Source: a candidate division FCPU426 bacterium (GTDB lineage: Bacteria; Oederibacteriota; Muellerivitia; Muellerivitales; Muellerivitaceae). Taken from it: a stretch of DNA of 64,000 nucleotides. The notes below the pieces were generated by a model. It did no database searches. It was not told where the DNA came from and worked only from the letters and a program-made list of their open reading frames with translations. Position 1 is the stretch's first letter, and each line of letters opens with the position of its first letter. The position numbers and the translations under genes were made by a program. The stretch covers positions 320,001-384,000 of the forward strand of contig CAWCKJ010000003.1 in the NCBI GenBank assembly GCA_963796105.1. The letters are read 5' to 3'. Below, piece after piece: positions 39,782-49,962 of the stretch.

Positions 39782-40753
39782 ATGATTCCAAATCAAACCC
39801 CTTCCCAATCCAAAAATACGACTTTCTACATAGTTTTGTTATCGGTAATCGCGTTTTTTATAATAAGCTTGGTGATTGTTGTTTATGCTTTCCAAAAGGT
39901 CATTGGGCACAATTCCTCATCGCTTCTTTCCCTGAATTCCAATGAAATTTCTCTTATAGAAATACAGGGTCCCATCTATGAAAGCGATGATACGGTTCGG
40001 CGAATAAGGCGTTTTAAGAACAGCTCAAAAAAAGCTTTGATCTTGAGAATCAACAGTCCCGGGGGGGCAGTCGCCCCTTCCCAGGAAATTTACAGCGAGA
40101 TACTAAACGCAAGAGAAAATAAAAAAATAATAGTAGCTAGTTTGGGAAGCTTAGCCGCATCGGGTGCTTATTATATTGCGGCAGCTTGTGACAAAATAGT
40201 CGCCGATCCAGGCACTGTCACTGGATCCATTGGGGTCATTGCTGAATTTCCAGAGGCATCTAGGCTTTTGGGAAAAATCGGAATCAATTTTCAAATTGTC
40301 AAAAGCGGTAAATTCAAGGACACTGGTACATTCAATAGGCCAATGTCTTCTGATGAAAAGCGTTATTTGCAGGAAACTATCAATGATGTTTATCAACAAT
40401 TTTTAGCGTCGGTCATCCAAAGCCGGAAAGAGGTTTTTCAGAAAAAGTTATCTACCATTCTGGGTAAAAAATACACCGCGGTATCTGACAACGAAATACA
40501 CAATCATCTCCTCCAATTTGCCGATGGAAGGGTTTTAACTGGGAAAAAAGCTTTCGATTTGGGCTTTGTTGATAAATTAGGGAATTATTACGATGCTGTT
40601 CGTTTAGCGGCTGATTTAGCCGGCATAAAAGGTGAACCAACTGTCCGAAAGGATGAAAGTTTAAAGTTAGATCAATTTTTCAATAGTCTTGTTCCTTTTC
40701 GGTGGTTGAGCGAGGATAGGGCAACATTTCACCTGGAGTATCGAGCATTTTAA
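39782..40753 (+). CDS. sppA: Signal peptide peptidase SppA (S49, short form)
   Basis: INSPGG, AASGAYY, TGSIGV, KSGKFKD. Confidence 0.95.
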   Translation: MIPNQTPSQSKNTTFYIVLLSVIAFFIISLVIVVYAFQKVIGHNSSSLLSLNSNEISLIEIQGPIYESDDTVRRIRRFKNSSKKALILRINSPGGAVAPSQEIYSEILNARENKKIIVASLGSLAASGAYYIAAACDKIVADPGTVTGSIGVIAEFPEASRLLGKIGINFQIVKSGKFKDTGTFNRPMSSDEKRYLQETINDVYQQFLASVIQSRKEVFQKKLSTILGKKYTAVSDNEIHNHLLQFADGRVLTGKKAFDLGFVDKLGNYYDAVRLAADLAGIKGEPTVRKDESLKLDQFFNSLVPFRWLSEDRATFHLEYRAF

Positions 40754-40789
40754 TCATTTTATTAAACTATTGCTTTCAGGGAGGACCCA

Positions 40790-42613
40790 TTGGCTGAAGC
40801 TAAAACTCAAACCTCAAATTCCGTGCCTGAATCTATTCCAGTTTCTGAAGTTGTCCCGGCAACGCCTGCACCCATTTCTAGTCCAAACAAGTTATTGATA
40901 AAAATCCGTGGTTTTTTAACAAAAACAATGTTTTTTTTACTTGGTTTTGCTTTCATCCTTTTTGCGATTTTATCCAGGTATTCAAACTTGATCCCTGCGC
41001 CCATCCTTGCATTTGTGACTCATATTATTCCACGCTTTTTATGGTTCATTGCTGGTTTTGGTTTTATTTCACTGGGTCAAGCTTTGTTTTTAACAAAAAG
41101 TGAATATGCGGATGAGTACAAAAAAAATCGAAATTCAAACCATTCTTGGAAAATACCCTTAATATCCGCACTTGGATGGATTCTCTCACTAACCGGGGTA
41201 TATGGCTTGTTGGTTGGAGTGAAATTTCTTCCATCCATTCAAAATGTTATGGGGTTAGTTGTAATATTTTTATCGTTTTGCTGTTATATCTTTTGGTACC
41301 TATTCGCTCATATCAAAAATCGTTACCCAGCAATATTAGGCCTTAGAATTGCAATGGTTGCTTTTGTTCTTTCAGCGATATCCTTTTTAGCCTGGGCCTG
41401 GACTCAATATATTTTTTTAAGCCTCATTTTCGGGGTTTTCGGCGTCATTTCTGTGATAGTAAGTTTAGCCCTCGTTCCTATTGAAAAAGAAGAACAAAGG
41501 GGAAACTGGTTGAGAATCAGTTGCTTGTTAATCAGCGTTTTCATCCTTTTATTCATCGGGGTTCATTCGCTTTTTGTGGACAAAACCCATGCCACGTTGG
41601 TGAACCTTGGTTTTGTTCAACAAAATTTGGCAGGCCAAATTGACAACCTCGCCTATTCGCCCGACGGTAAGAAAATTGCTTTTTCCCAAAAATTAGGAAA
41701 AGACTGGTTTTTAGAAGTCATTAATCCCCAAAACTCCGACTGGACATCCTTTAAAGTAAAGGCAAGTGAGGATTCCTTTCGACCGGTTTTTATCGAGAAT
41801 GGTTCAAATATTTTGATCGATCGTGTTATCAACGGTGTAAGGAATATCACGAAAATTAGAGTCGCGAATGGTTCATTAGAAAACATTACCTTCAGCGGCA
41901 TTGAAAAATTCAGCGATGGATCACCTTGGTCGGAAACGAGAAAAGAATTTCTATACGTTTCAAGAAATTCAGATAAATGGGAATTAAAAACATTATCTTC
42001 CTTGACTGGTAAGTCGGAGATCCTTTTCGAATCCTCAGATCCGATTCTAACTCCTTCTTGGACTACAGCGGGAAATGTGTCATATGCTGATTCCAAGTCC
42101 GATCGACCCTATTTGTTTGATTTGAAAACAAAAACCTCTAATCTCATTTTATCCGACGACGAGAAAATTGAGCGTTTCAAAGATAATACGAATTTAAAAA
42201 ATTCACTTTCCGTTGACGAAGTTATTCCGGCGCCAGATGGATTTCGATATCTCTATGTAACGCACGATTCAAAAGAAACTCCTTCTTCCATTTGGACAGT
42301 CCTTTCCGATGGGACGAAGGCTTTAAAACTCTACGAAGCCAAGGGTGAAATCAAGAATTTCTCTTGGAACACTGACGGGCAACAAATTGTTTTTGAGGAA
42401 AATAGCAAACAAATGGGTTTTTTTGAAAAAAACAAAAACATCATGATTTTAGACGCGAATCTTGGGGAAACCGAATCATTACTCCTGCCACAAGTTTCTC
42501 ATTATTCACCAGCCTTATCGCCAGATGGCGTAAAAATTGCGTTTGTAGGCAACCAGAGTTTATGGAATCCATTAGTTGGGCGTTCCGGGATCTGGGTAGC
42601 TGTACTTCGTTAA
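40790..42613 (+). CDS. Multi-pass membrane protein with C-terminal TolB-like (PD40) beta-propeller
   Basis: About 7 hydrophobic segments, then YSPDGKKIAF, WNTDGQQIVF, LSPDGVKIAF. Confidence 0.8.
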   Translation: MAEAKTQTSNSVPESIPVSEVVPATPAPISSPNKLLIKIRGFLTKTMFFLLGFAFILFAILSRYSNLIPAPILAFVTHIIPRFLWFIAGFGFISLGQALFLTKSEYADEYKKNRNSNHSWKIPLISALGWILSLTGVYGLLVGVKFLPSIQNVMGLVVIFLSFCCYIFWYLFAHIKNRYPAILGLRIAMVAFVLSAISFLAWAWTQYIFLSLIFGVFGVISVIVSLALVPIEKEEQRGNWLRISCLLISVFILLFIGVHSLFVDKTHATLVNLGFVQQNLAGQIDNLAYSPDGKKIAFSQKLGKDWFLEVINPQNSDWTSFKVKASEDSFRPVFIENGSNILIDRVINGVRNITKIRVANGSLENITFSGIEKFSDGSPWSETRKEFLYVSRNSDKWELKTLSSLTGKSEILFESSDPILTPSWTTAGNVSYADSKSDRPYLFDLKTKTSNLILSDDEKIERFKDNTNLKNSLSVDEVIPAPDGFRYLYVTHDSKETPSSIWTVLSDGTKALKLYEAKGEIKNFSWNTDGQQIVFEENSKQMGFFEKNKNIMILDANLGETESLLLPQVSHYSPALSPDGVKIAFVGNQSLWNPLVGRSGIWVAVLR

Positions 42614-42646
42614 ACCTCATTCAAACTCATCCTAAAAGAGTTCAAA

Positions 42647-45600
42647 ATGAAGCCCGCCGTTATTCGTATTCGAAAATATCTTTCCATTTTATTGTGGCTC
42701 GTTACGGTTTATCCCGCCTCGGCTGATCTCGAATTCGGCAATAACAAAGTTAGATACCACACACATCACCATTGGAAAATTTTAGAAAGCCAGCATTTTG
42801 ATGTTTATTATTACAAAGAATGCGAAGCTTTTGCCCAAACGGCGGTTCAATACGCTGAAAATGCATTTGTTAAAACCTGTAAAATTTTCGACTACGTTCC
42901 CATTGAAAAAATCCCCATTTTTCTATATGGAACAGGATTGGAATTCCAGGAAACAAATATCACTCCCGAAATTCTATCTGAAGGTGTTGGCGGTTTTACT
43001 GAGATTTTCAAAAACAGAATATCTGTCCCGATAAATGGCTCCTACTTCGAATTCGAAAAAGTTTTACACCATGAATTGACTCACGCTTTTCAATACGATC
43101 TTATTTACGGTGAAAGCTGGAGGTCCATAAATTTATTCAAATCAATCCTGGTACCAACCTGGATGATGGAAGGAATGGCGGAATGGAACGCTCAGCACAC
43201 TGATTCCCAGGGTGAAATGGTTTTAAGGGACGCAATATTGAATGACCAAGTATTGCCCTTAAGCATGCTTGAATCCTTTGACCATTTTCAACAAGTCTAT
43301 ATGGCCTACAAGGAATCCCAGAGCATTTTGGACTATGTCTCACAGGTTTATGGACCTAAGATGGTTGTCCAAATATTCAAAAAAATGGCTGTCAATCAAT
43401 CACCTGATAACGCCGTCAAAAATACTATCGGCATATCCCTTGATGAACTTTATGAAAATTGGCATTTTTTCATGAAAAGTCAAACTTGGTCAAGAATCAA
43501 TGGGCTTCCTAAACCCGAGAAATACGGGGAACTATTCGAGAAAGGAGTCTCTAAGTCATCGGTTTCTCCCGATGAAAGTAATATCGCTTACATCAACGGA
43601 GAGGATCTTGTTCTATATAACTTTACCGTCAAGAATAAGAGCGTTATCGCTCATAAAAATTTTGAGATTCAAGGATCGGGAGTTGCTTGGTCACCCGATG
43701 GAAATCATCTGGCATTTTCAGCGGCAGTCAACGGTGAATATAAACTTTTCTCGTTTGAGATCAAAACCCATGAAAGTCACGAACTCAATACGCCTGGTTT
43801 GCCTGTCGTTTATTCTCCCTCCTGGTCCCCCGACCAAAAATATATCGTTTTTTCGGGTTTCGATTATTCAACAGTTGATCTTTACAGACTCGAATTATCC
43901 TCCGGCCACTTGGAACGACTTACTGACAATTTGACCACAAAATCTTGGCCTTCCTATTCTTCCGATGGAAAATCAATTTATTTCCTAGGCGAAGATTCAG
44001 GTGAGACGAATATTTATAGGCAACCGTTAAGCGATAATGGACTTCCAAAAGGAACCCCTGAGATCGTCGGGAAAGACCTAGGAACTATTTCCTCCTTTCA
44101 GGTTTTAAACAATTCTATCTATTTCACCTCAAATCGAGATAACAGGATATTCAATCTTTTCAAAATGAATTTGGACGGTCAATTCCTCACCCAATTGACA
44201 AATACTTATGTTGATATTTTAAGTTTCAATTTAATGCCGGATAAAAATGTATTCGCAACCCTTTATCAACATGCCCAGGTCAGTTTGTATTCCCTTCAAT
44301 TCGAAAAAATGGATCAAAATACCCAACCAACCGTCAATTTAAAATATCTGGCTAATTCATTCGACGGTGCCTCTAAAATCATTGCGACAGTCCCTAAACC
44401 CGATTCGACAAAAAAAGATGAATTCAAGGACAAAAACGACCTGACCGCTTTAGAGACTAACCACAATAAAAAAGAACCAGAAAAAACGCCGGCCCGTATA
44501 ACGCATTTAGAAGTGACTGATTCCTCCAATATTGTCCAACTTCAATGGCCTGTCACCATTGATGAGGGATCCCCGGAAATTGACAGCTATCATGTTTATA
44601 AATCGACTGATTCCGGAAATCACTTTTATTTACTCGGATCCACCCCCAATTCTAAAGAGGGAAAATATACGGATTACTATGCCCGTCGTGGCGAGACTTA
44701 CCAATATTACGTGACCGCAATAAACAAAATGGGGGAAAGCCTTCCTTCTCCTGTCGTGAAGGCGACTCCAGCGTTCAATCTTTCATCCAAGGATTATCAA
44801 TTTAATTTTTCCCCGGACATTCTTTTGCTTTTAGCGGGTTACGACAGTTCCGCCGGATTTGTCGGAGGAGGCATCGCACAAATGAGCGATTATCTCGGAG
44901 ATAATCGTTTAAGTCTCATAGGGGACACTGTCCCTGGGGTTGAAACGGGTATTCAAACAAACTACGAATTTTCCGCTTGGAGAACCACATTAGATCTTGA
45001 TTACTATTATTATCAGAACTATTTGAATATTTACGATCTTCAAACCGGGAACATTGTGAATGAGTATCGGAACAACGAAAATGGAATGGATATTAAATTA
45101 AGTTATCCATTGGATGCATCCCTGCGTTTCGAATATGGAATCGGGACTCAACGATTCCAGGGAAATCCATTGTATTTACAATTTTCCGAGGGAATATCCA
45201 ATTATTCTCAAAATCAAGACCAATGGAACGTTGCGAATTACTACCGCTTGTCGTTGGTGGGGGATAAAAGAAAAGGGGAAGAATTTTCGCCCAGTAGCGG
45301 ATATGCCTTCAATTTTACGCTCTTACACGCTCTTCCCGTCTTAGACTCAAATGTCTCATTCGCGAATATTCTTTTAGAGACTCAAGTATTTGCGAATTTC
45401 AGTTTCTTAAACCATCTTGTTTGGGCGAATCGTTTCATTGGCATGTCATCGCAAGGGCCCAATCCTCAATCATTTTTCATAGGGGAGGATGTACTCTTTC
45501 AAGCTTTTTTTACAACCATCAGGGGCTACGGAAATAATACCTATTTTGGCAGTAATTTAGCACTATGGAATACTGAACTTAGATATCCGATCTCGACTAA

Positions 45601-45859
45601 TATGAATTTTTTATTGCAACCCTTGTCTTTTATCATGATTAAGGATATCGAACTTGCTGGTTTTGCGGACAATGGCGTAGTGAATAACCAGTTACAAAAG
45701 ATTTCAAATTCGCCGCTTTTGTCAAGTATTGGGGCGGGATTGCGTTTTTATACCTTTCTTTATCAAAGGGCCCTTGTAATGCTTCGGTTTGATGTCGCAT
45801 GGCGCTTGGACGGGCCATTTCCGCCAACCTTTCATTTTAATTTGACCCCGATTTTTTGA
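42647..45859 (+). CDS. Outer-membrane protein: HExxH metallopeptidase-like + PD40 propeller + FN3-like + Omp85/BamA-type barrel
   Basis: Signal peptide, HHELTH...PTWMMEGMAEW, WSPDG repeats, 'VQLQW...YYVTAINKMGES', IRGY motif, C-terminal Phe. Confidence 0.8.
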   Translation: MKPAVIRIRKYLSILLWLVTVYPASADLEFGNNKVRYHTHHHWKILESQHFDVYYYKECEAFAQTAVQYAENAFVKTCKIFDYVPIEKIPIFLYGTGLEFQETNITPEILSEGVGGFTEIFKNRISVPINGSYFEFEKVLHHELTHAFQYDLIYGESWRSINLFKSILVPTWMMEGMAEWNAQHTDSQGEMVLRDAILNDQVLPLSMLESFDHFQQVYMAYKESQSILDYVSQVYGPKMVVQIFKKMAVNQSPDNAVKNTIGISLDELYENWHFFMKSQTWSRINGLPKPEKYGELFEKGVSKSSVSPDESNIAYINGEDLVLYNFTVKNKSVIAHKNFEIQGSGVAWSPDGNHLAFSAAVNGEYKLFSFEIKTHESHELNTPGLPVVYSPSWSPDQKYIVFSGFDYSTVDLYRLELSSGHLERLTDNLTTKSWPSYSSDGKSIYFLGEDSGETNIYRQPLSDNGLPKGTPEIVGKDLGTISSFQVLNNSIYFTSNRDNRIFNLFKMNLDGQFLTQLTNTYVDILSFNLMPDKNVFATLYQHAQVSLYSLQFEKMDQNTQPTVNLKYLANSFDGASKIIATVPKPDSTKKDEFKDKNDLTALETNHNKKEPEKTPARITHLEVTDSSNIVQLQWPVTIDEGSPEIDSYHVYKSTDSGNHFYLLGSTPNSKEGKYTDYYARRGETYQYYVTAINKMGESLPSPVVKATPAFNLSSKDYQFNFSPDILLLLAGYDSSAGFVGGGIAQMSDYLGDNRLSLIGDTVPGVETGIQTNYEFSAWRTTLDLDYYYYQNYLNIYDLQTGNIVNEYRNNENGMDIKLSYPLDASLRFEYGIGTQRFQGNPLYLQFSEGISNYSQNQDQWNVANYYRLSLVGDKRKGEEFSPSSGYAFNFTLLHALPVLDSNVSFANILLETQVFANFSFLNHLVWANRFIGMSSQGPNPQSFFIGEDVLFQAFFTTIRGYGNNTYFGSNLALWNTELRYPISTNMNFLLQPLSFIMIKDIELAGFADNGVVNNQLQKISNSPLLSSIGAGLRFYTFLYQRALVMLRFDVAWRLDGPFPPTFHFNLTPIF

Positions 45860-45874
45860 TGTTTATTCCTATTA

Positions 45875-47518
45875 CCTGAATTTTGCACCGAGTTTACCGA
45901 TTCCGTGGCCAGATCGGCCTGAATCGGGACCCGACAGTGGCCATTTTCATCAGAAGTGAACTTATGTGCAAAGAATTTTTTGCACCAAGCCACTTCTAGG
46001 CCGCCCTGGGTCTTTCCAATCGTTTTCGATCAAGGTATTTGAGGAAACCCAATAGGCCCGCTGTCCTATCATCATGGATTGAATACCTCACCACATCCCG
46101 ATGGCCGTGATACTGGATTCGGGCGGCTACAAAGAGCATCTTCAAACGTGCGATCCGAAGGGTATGGTCCGGCATGGTGATCTGTTCCTTCTCCTGTGGC
46201 TTCTTTCCCGGTCGCTTTTCTTTTCCACAATGGCCCACCATTAGTTTCATCCACCTCCAGAGGTTGTAAGCCAGCATCACGATCTGGAAAAAAGCATGGT
46301 GGCTTTGGAAACTCTTAGAGGGAATTGCTAATAACCCCTCCCGTTGCGCCTCACCAATCAGGTTTTCCACATCCGCGCGCAGGTCGTATTCCTCAACCAC
46401 CCGATGGGGTGCTCCCAGACAGTTGGTCGCGAAGATTCGGTAGACATATCCTTCCATTTCAGGAAGGCTCAATTGTTTCTCCCGCGCTTTTTCATCCAGC
46501 GTCCTCATCGCCACAAACCGGACTGGTTGTTGCCAGCCTATGGGTTGATGGACACATTCGTTGTATTCGTGTTCTCCATGGCGGTACCAACCCTTTTTCG
46601 TGAAAGGCGGGTCATGCCGCTTGTTCCCGAAGATGAAAGAAAACCCTTCTTTTTCACAGGCTTTCACGCTTTCCCAGCCGATCATTTCACCGTCACCGCG
46701 CACCAGAATCGTCCGGACACAGGACGGCAAGAGTCGCCGGAATTGTCTAATTTGGCGGGCCACTTCCTCAGAACTAAGGGTGGTTCCGCGTCTTTGGGTT
46801 CCGCACAAATATTCCCGGGTTTCCTGGAGAAAACACAGAATGGGCCTCAGTCCCTTCTTGCCCCGGTGCTTGGGGTTGTATCCTTTTCGGCTTCCCTCGA
46901 TATTTCCGTAGACCGTTGCGGTGGTGGTATCGATGTTGATCTCCACCTTCTTGGGGGCATATTTCACCTGTCCCCAAACCTTGGCCCGTAACGCCCCACT
47001 CAGATTCAGCAACGATGCCGACTGCCCGATCCCCAGCGACCTCAGGTATCTCCAAAAAGTTGTCACTACCGGCAACAAGGGAACCCGCAGTAAACCGCAC
47101 AGCATGACCTCACCCCGCAGGTAGGCAAAATGGCCAAGTCTTTGGAACCCGATGAAAAGAAGCATTAGGATGCCGCTTACCATCCGGTAGTGGCCCAAAT
47201 TCGGAAGGCGTTTAGGTGCGGCATAGTGTTTTTTGAATTCCCGCTCAAAATCAAGAAGGTCGAACATCTTCGCCAATGCCAACAATCCGCCAAAAGCTGT
47301 TAGGCGGTCTTCGCAAATACCTACGGGAGTATTGGCCGTAATCTTGGGCGCGATTCTCCCGTTTCGATTGGCTTTTTTCTGGACTTGCGGGTTTGATTTC
47401 TGAGGCGTATCTTGACGTTTCACCATCTGGGGGACCCTCTTTTAGGATGAGTTGGCTTCGCAACCCTTATCCTATAATGGTTTCCTAGATGGTTTTTTTA
47501 TTAGGCGCAAAATTCAGG
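45875..47518 (-). mobile_element. Insertion sequence, IS1380 family
   Basis: Terminal inverted repeats CCTGAATTTTGCACC / CCTGAATTTTGCGCC (14 of 15 match); 5-bp target duplication TATTA at 45870-45874 and 47519-47523. Confidence 0.92.
45996..47426 (-). CDS. IS1380-family DDE transposase
   Basis: LTAFGGL, NIDTT..TVYG..EG...GYN, VRGD, Y..RADVENLIGE, AYNL. Confidence 0.92.
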   Translation of the reverse strand: MVKRQDTPQKSNPQVQKKANRNGRIAPKITANTPVGICEDRLTAFGGLLALAKMFDLLDFEREFKKHYAAPKRLPNLGHYRMVSGILMLLFIGFQRLGHFAYLRGEVMLCGLLRVPLLPVVTTFWRYLRSLGIGQSASLLNLSGALRAKVWGQVKYAPKKVEINIDTTTATVYGNIEGSRKGYNPKHRGKKGLRPILCFLQETREYLCGTQRRGTTLSSEEVARQIRQFRRLLPSCVRTILVRGDGEMIGWESVKACEKEGFSFIFGNKRHDPPFTKKGWYRHGEHEYNECVHQPIGWQQPVRFVAMRTLDEKAREKQLSLPEMEGYVYRIFATNCLGAPHRVVEEYDLRADVENLIGEAQREGLLAIPSKSFQSHHAFFQIVMLAYNLWRWMKLMVGHCGKEKRPGKKPQEKEQITMPDHTLRIARLKMLFVAARIQYHGHRDVVRYSIHDDRTAGLLGFLKYLDRKRLERPRAA

Positions 47519-47664
47519 TATTAAATAAAAACAAGTTGGTTCAATAGTAGGGAATCGTTATAATGTTTTCGAAAATCGAATTGAACTCTTGATGTTTGAG
47601 TTTTATAGCTATTTAAAGAAAAGATTTATGTTTTTGGACATTCCTTAAATTCAGAGGTTAATCC

Positions 47665-48288
47665 GTGAAAAAATTTTCCATGTTTTTGCTTCTATTAGGG
47701 TTTTTATTTTCTCCTCTTATAGCGAATGTTTTAAGTTCGAAATTCAACATATCGGATTATGAAATTGTAGATTTGGAGTTCTTGAGGACTCATTACCCTG
47801 AAATCAATAACGGGCGCTCCATCCAAATCGACGCCAACTTTTTAAGTTTGAAATGGAAATCGCCATTTGAATACAGGGAGCGCTTGAAGGAAATTGGGTT
47901 GGATGTAAATAAATACAACATAGTTGAATTCAATTTAAAAGAAAAAGATGACGTCCATTACTCTTTTCCGAATCTACTTTTCCACACTGATGCGGGCGAC
48001 TTGAATGAATTGAATAACCTCGTGAAAGGCGAAAGAGTCGTTGTTTATGGGAAATTTTATAAAGTGAAAAAGTCTGAATTCATCATTGACGTGGATTTAA
48101 TCGAGGTGATTCAAAAAGGCGGGCATAGTCGAAGCTTTCTGCTAGATGCGAGAGTATCGCCAACTCCCACCTATGTGCCCACTTTGACCCCGACCCCAGG
48201 TCTAAACATATGGCAGAAATTAGGTAATTTTGTAAATCCCAAGGAAACACCAACAGTCACTGGTACAGTAACTCCAACGGCTCAATAA
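47665..48288 (+). CDS. Hypothetical secreted protein with Pro/Thr-rich tail
   Basis: GAGG RBS, GTG start, signal peptide, 'LVKGERVVVYGKF' (OB-fold-like), PTPT repeats. Confidence 0.7.
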   Translation: MKKFSMFLLLLGFLFSPLIANVLSSKFNISDYEIVDLEFLRTHYPEINNGRSIQIDANFLSLKWKSPFEYRERLKEIGLDVNKYNIVEFNLKEKDDVHYSFPNLLFHTDAGDLNELNNLVKGERVVVYGKFYKVKKSEFIIDVDLIEVIQKGGHSRSFLLDARVSPTPTYVPTLTPTPGLNIWQKLGNFVNPKETPTVTGTVTPTAQ

Positions 48289-48878
48289 GAATTACTTTTT
48301 AAAACCACGCGATCCTCATATCTTTTATTATTTCACTCAATCTTTATATCGTTTTTTAATTTGTTTTCTTTCATAGCTTGTTGAGAACCGACTCAGTTGT
48401 TGCATATTCATAACACCAACCATTAATAAACCCCAAAACAACTCTTGGAACCAATCCTCGCACCATAAAGTAAAACTTTAACTGTTTTAAAAGGGTTAAA
48501 TATCTTTGAAATAATGCGCAAGATGCGGGGAACAATAGCCCCCTTCCTAAAAAATATTAATGAAAAAAATTTTTTCTTATAAAAGGGAACAGCTGTTGGT
48601 AATTTAGAGTCTGAGAATATCATTTTCATAATCTTTCTAAGGTGTATTTAGCGATTCATGGTTGTCGTAAAAGTATCTTATCTTTTAATAATCGTTTAAA
48701 AGAACGGCGTTTAAATGCAAAAACAAGTCATTTTTAAGCTTTTGTTTTGCACGGAAGGGGGCTCGGTTAAAAACGGATTGTCGTCGTTCGGATCCGAGCT
48801 GATAAATAAGGATTTAGGATTCGAGGAGTAATGCGAACGAGTGGATTTTAAAAGATTTTCCTACACAAAGAGCCCCAG

Positions 48879-49841
48879 TCAAGACTTCCTTTTCCAAGAG
48901 CGGAATTTTTTTAAAATTTCGACCACCCCGTTATTTTTCCTGAGATTCAAGTTGTGGTATTTGAATTGCCTTTCGAAAGCTTTTTGGTGTGCCCGAATCG
49001 ACTTCGTGGAAGCCAATTTGACGTAATTCTCGCTGACCACAATGCTGGAGTGACCCATTAAATCCCGGATTTCATAAACACTTGCCCCGGATTCAGCCAA
49101 TTGAGTCCCGAAGGAATGCCTTAAAACATGAACCGTCAGTTCATTTGGATTTTCAATCTTGGCCCATTGAGCCGCTTTTTTAACCCAGGTCTCCAGGTAA
49201 TCCGGGTGAATGGGTTTCTCAGGGTTTCGAGGACTTGGAAAAAGATAAGAGCGGGTTTGTTTTGAATTTTCGAGGTAAAGTTTTATTCGATCCTTTAGGA
49301 ATTCGGTCATCGGAACCGTGCGTTCTTTATCGCCTTTGCCAATGACAGTTATCAAGCCACGGGTTAAATCCAAATCACGGATTCTCAAATGGACAATTTC
49401 CGAAACCCGAAAGCCGCAATGATAGCCCAACAAGACCGCCAGGCTGATTTTCTGATCCTCTAAACCCTCCCACATAAGGGCTCCGACCAGTTTATCGCGC
49501 TCCGCCGACGATAGGGGCCTGGGATTTCGCTGCGGGCTTCTGATGGCGAGGTTGTGAAAGACTGCCGTTGGATCAGTAGCGATAAGTTGGATGGAGGCAA
49601 GATAGCGGTAAAAGGATCGAGTGGAGGCCAATATGCGCTTCATGGTTCGAGTGGAATAGGCCTTACGGAGTTTACCCCCGGGTGTGAGGCCGGGTTTGGT
49701 CAAGGAGGCGGCAAAACGTACCATCTGCTCAGGTTGCGCATACAATGGCGTCGTGATATTCGTAAGGTCGAAAAATTGTTTTAGGACCCGGAGATCCTGA
49801 TGATAATTTTCCAAGGTGTGGGATGATTTGCATAGGGACAA
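48879..49841 (-). CDS. Xer-type tyrosine recombinase (true start probably further upstream)
   Basis: Catalytic set present: GFRVSE, GKGDKER, HVLRH, MGHS, ENY. N-terminal 'HTLENYHQDL' SAM-like domain. Frame stays open about 40 codons upstream of the TTG. Confidence 0.92.
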   Translation of the reverse strand: MSLCKSSHTLENYHQDLRVLKQFFDLTNITTPLYAQPEQMVRFAASLTKPGLTPGGKLRKAYSTRTMKRILASTRSFYRYLASIQLIATDPTAVFHNLAIRSPQRNPRPLSSAERDKLVGALMWEGLEDQKISLAVLLGYHCGFRVSEIVHLRIRDLDLTRGLITVIGKGDKERTVPMTEFLKDRIKLYLENSKQTRSYLFPSPRNPEKPIHPDYLETWVKKAAQWAKIENPNELTVHVLRHSFGTQLAESGASVYEIRDLMGHSSIVVSENYVKLASTKSIRAHQKAFERQFKYHNLNLRKNNGVVEILKKFRSWKRKS

Positions 49842-49918
49842 GAAGCCATCGTAGGGCTTTAATTCCAGAAGATTCTGGGACTGGTTTTTCGTTTGTGGAC
49901 TGATGGAAGCTCTCCAAT

Positions 49919-49946
49919 TTTCGGTATAACTGTAATTATACCGAAT
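49919..49946. other. dif-like recombination site
   Basis: TTTCGGTATAA-CTGTAA-TTATACCGAAT: 11+6+11 layout with 10-bp perfect inverted arms, directly upstream of the Xer-type gene. Confidence 0.75.
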
Positions 49947-49962
49947 TTTAGTATGGCTTCAA
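49935..49962 (-). promoter_or_regulatory. Putative sigma70 promoter of the recombinase, overlapping the dif-like site
   Basis: Minus strand TTGAAG-N16-TATAAT. Confidence 0.5.

Noticed and set aside
48423..48629. 68-aa minus-strand ORF in the AT-rich convergent gap
   Set aside because: No recognisable motif or RBS; likely spurious.
48879..49841. Prophage or ICE integrase
   Set aside because: No adjacent tRNA, phage or conjugation genes, and no arm-binding extension; size and motifs fit Xer.
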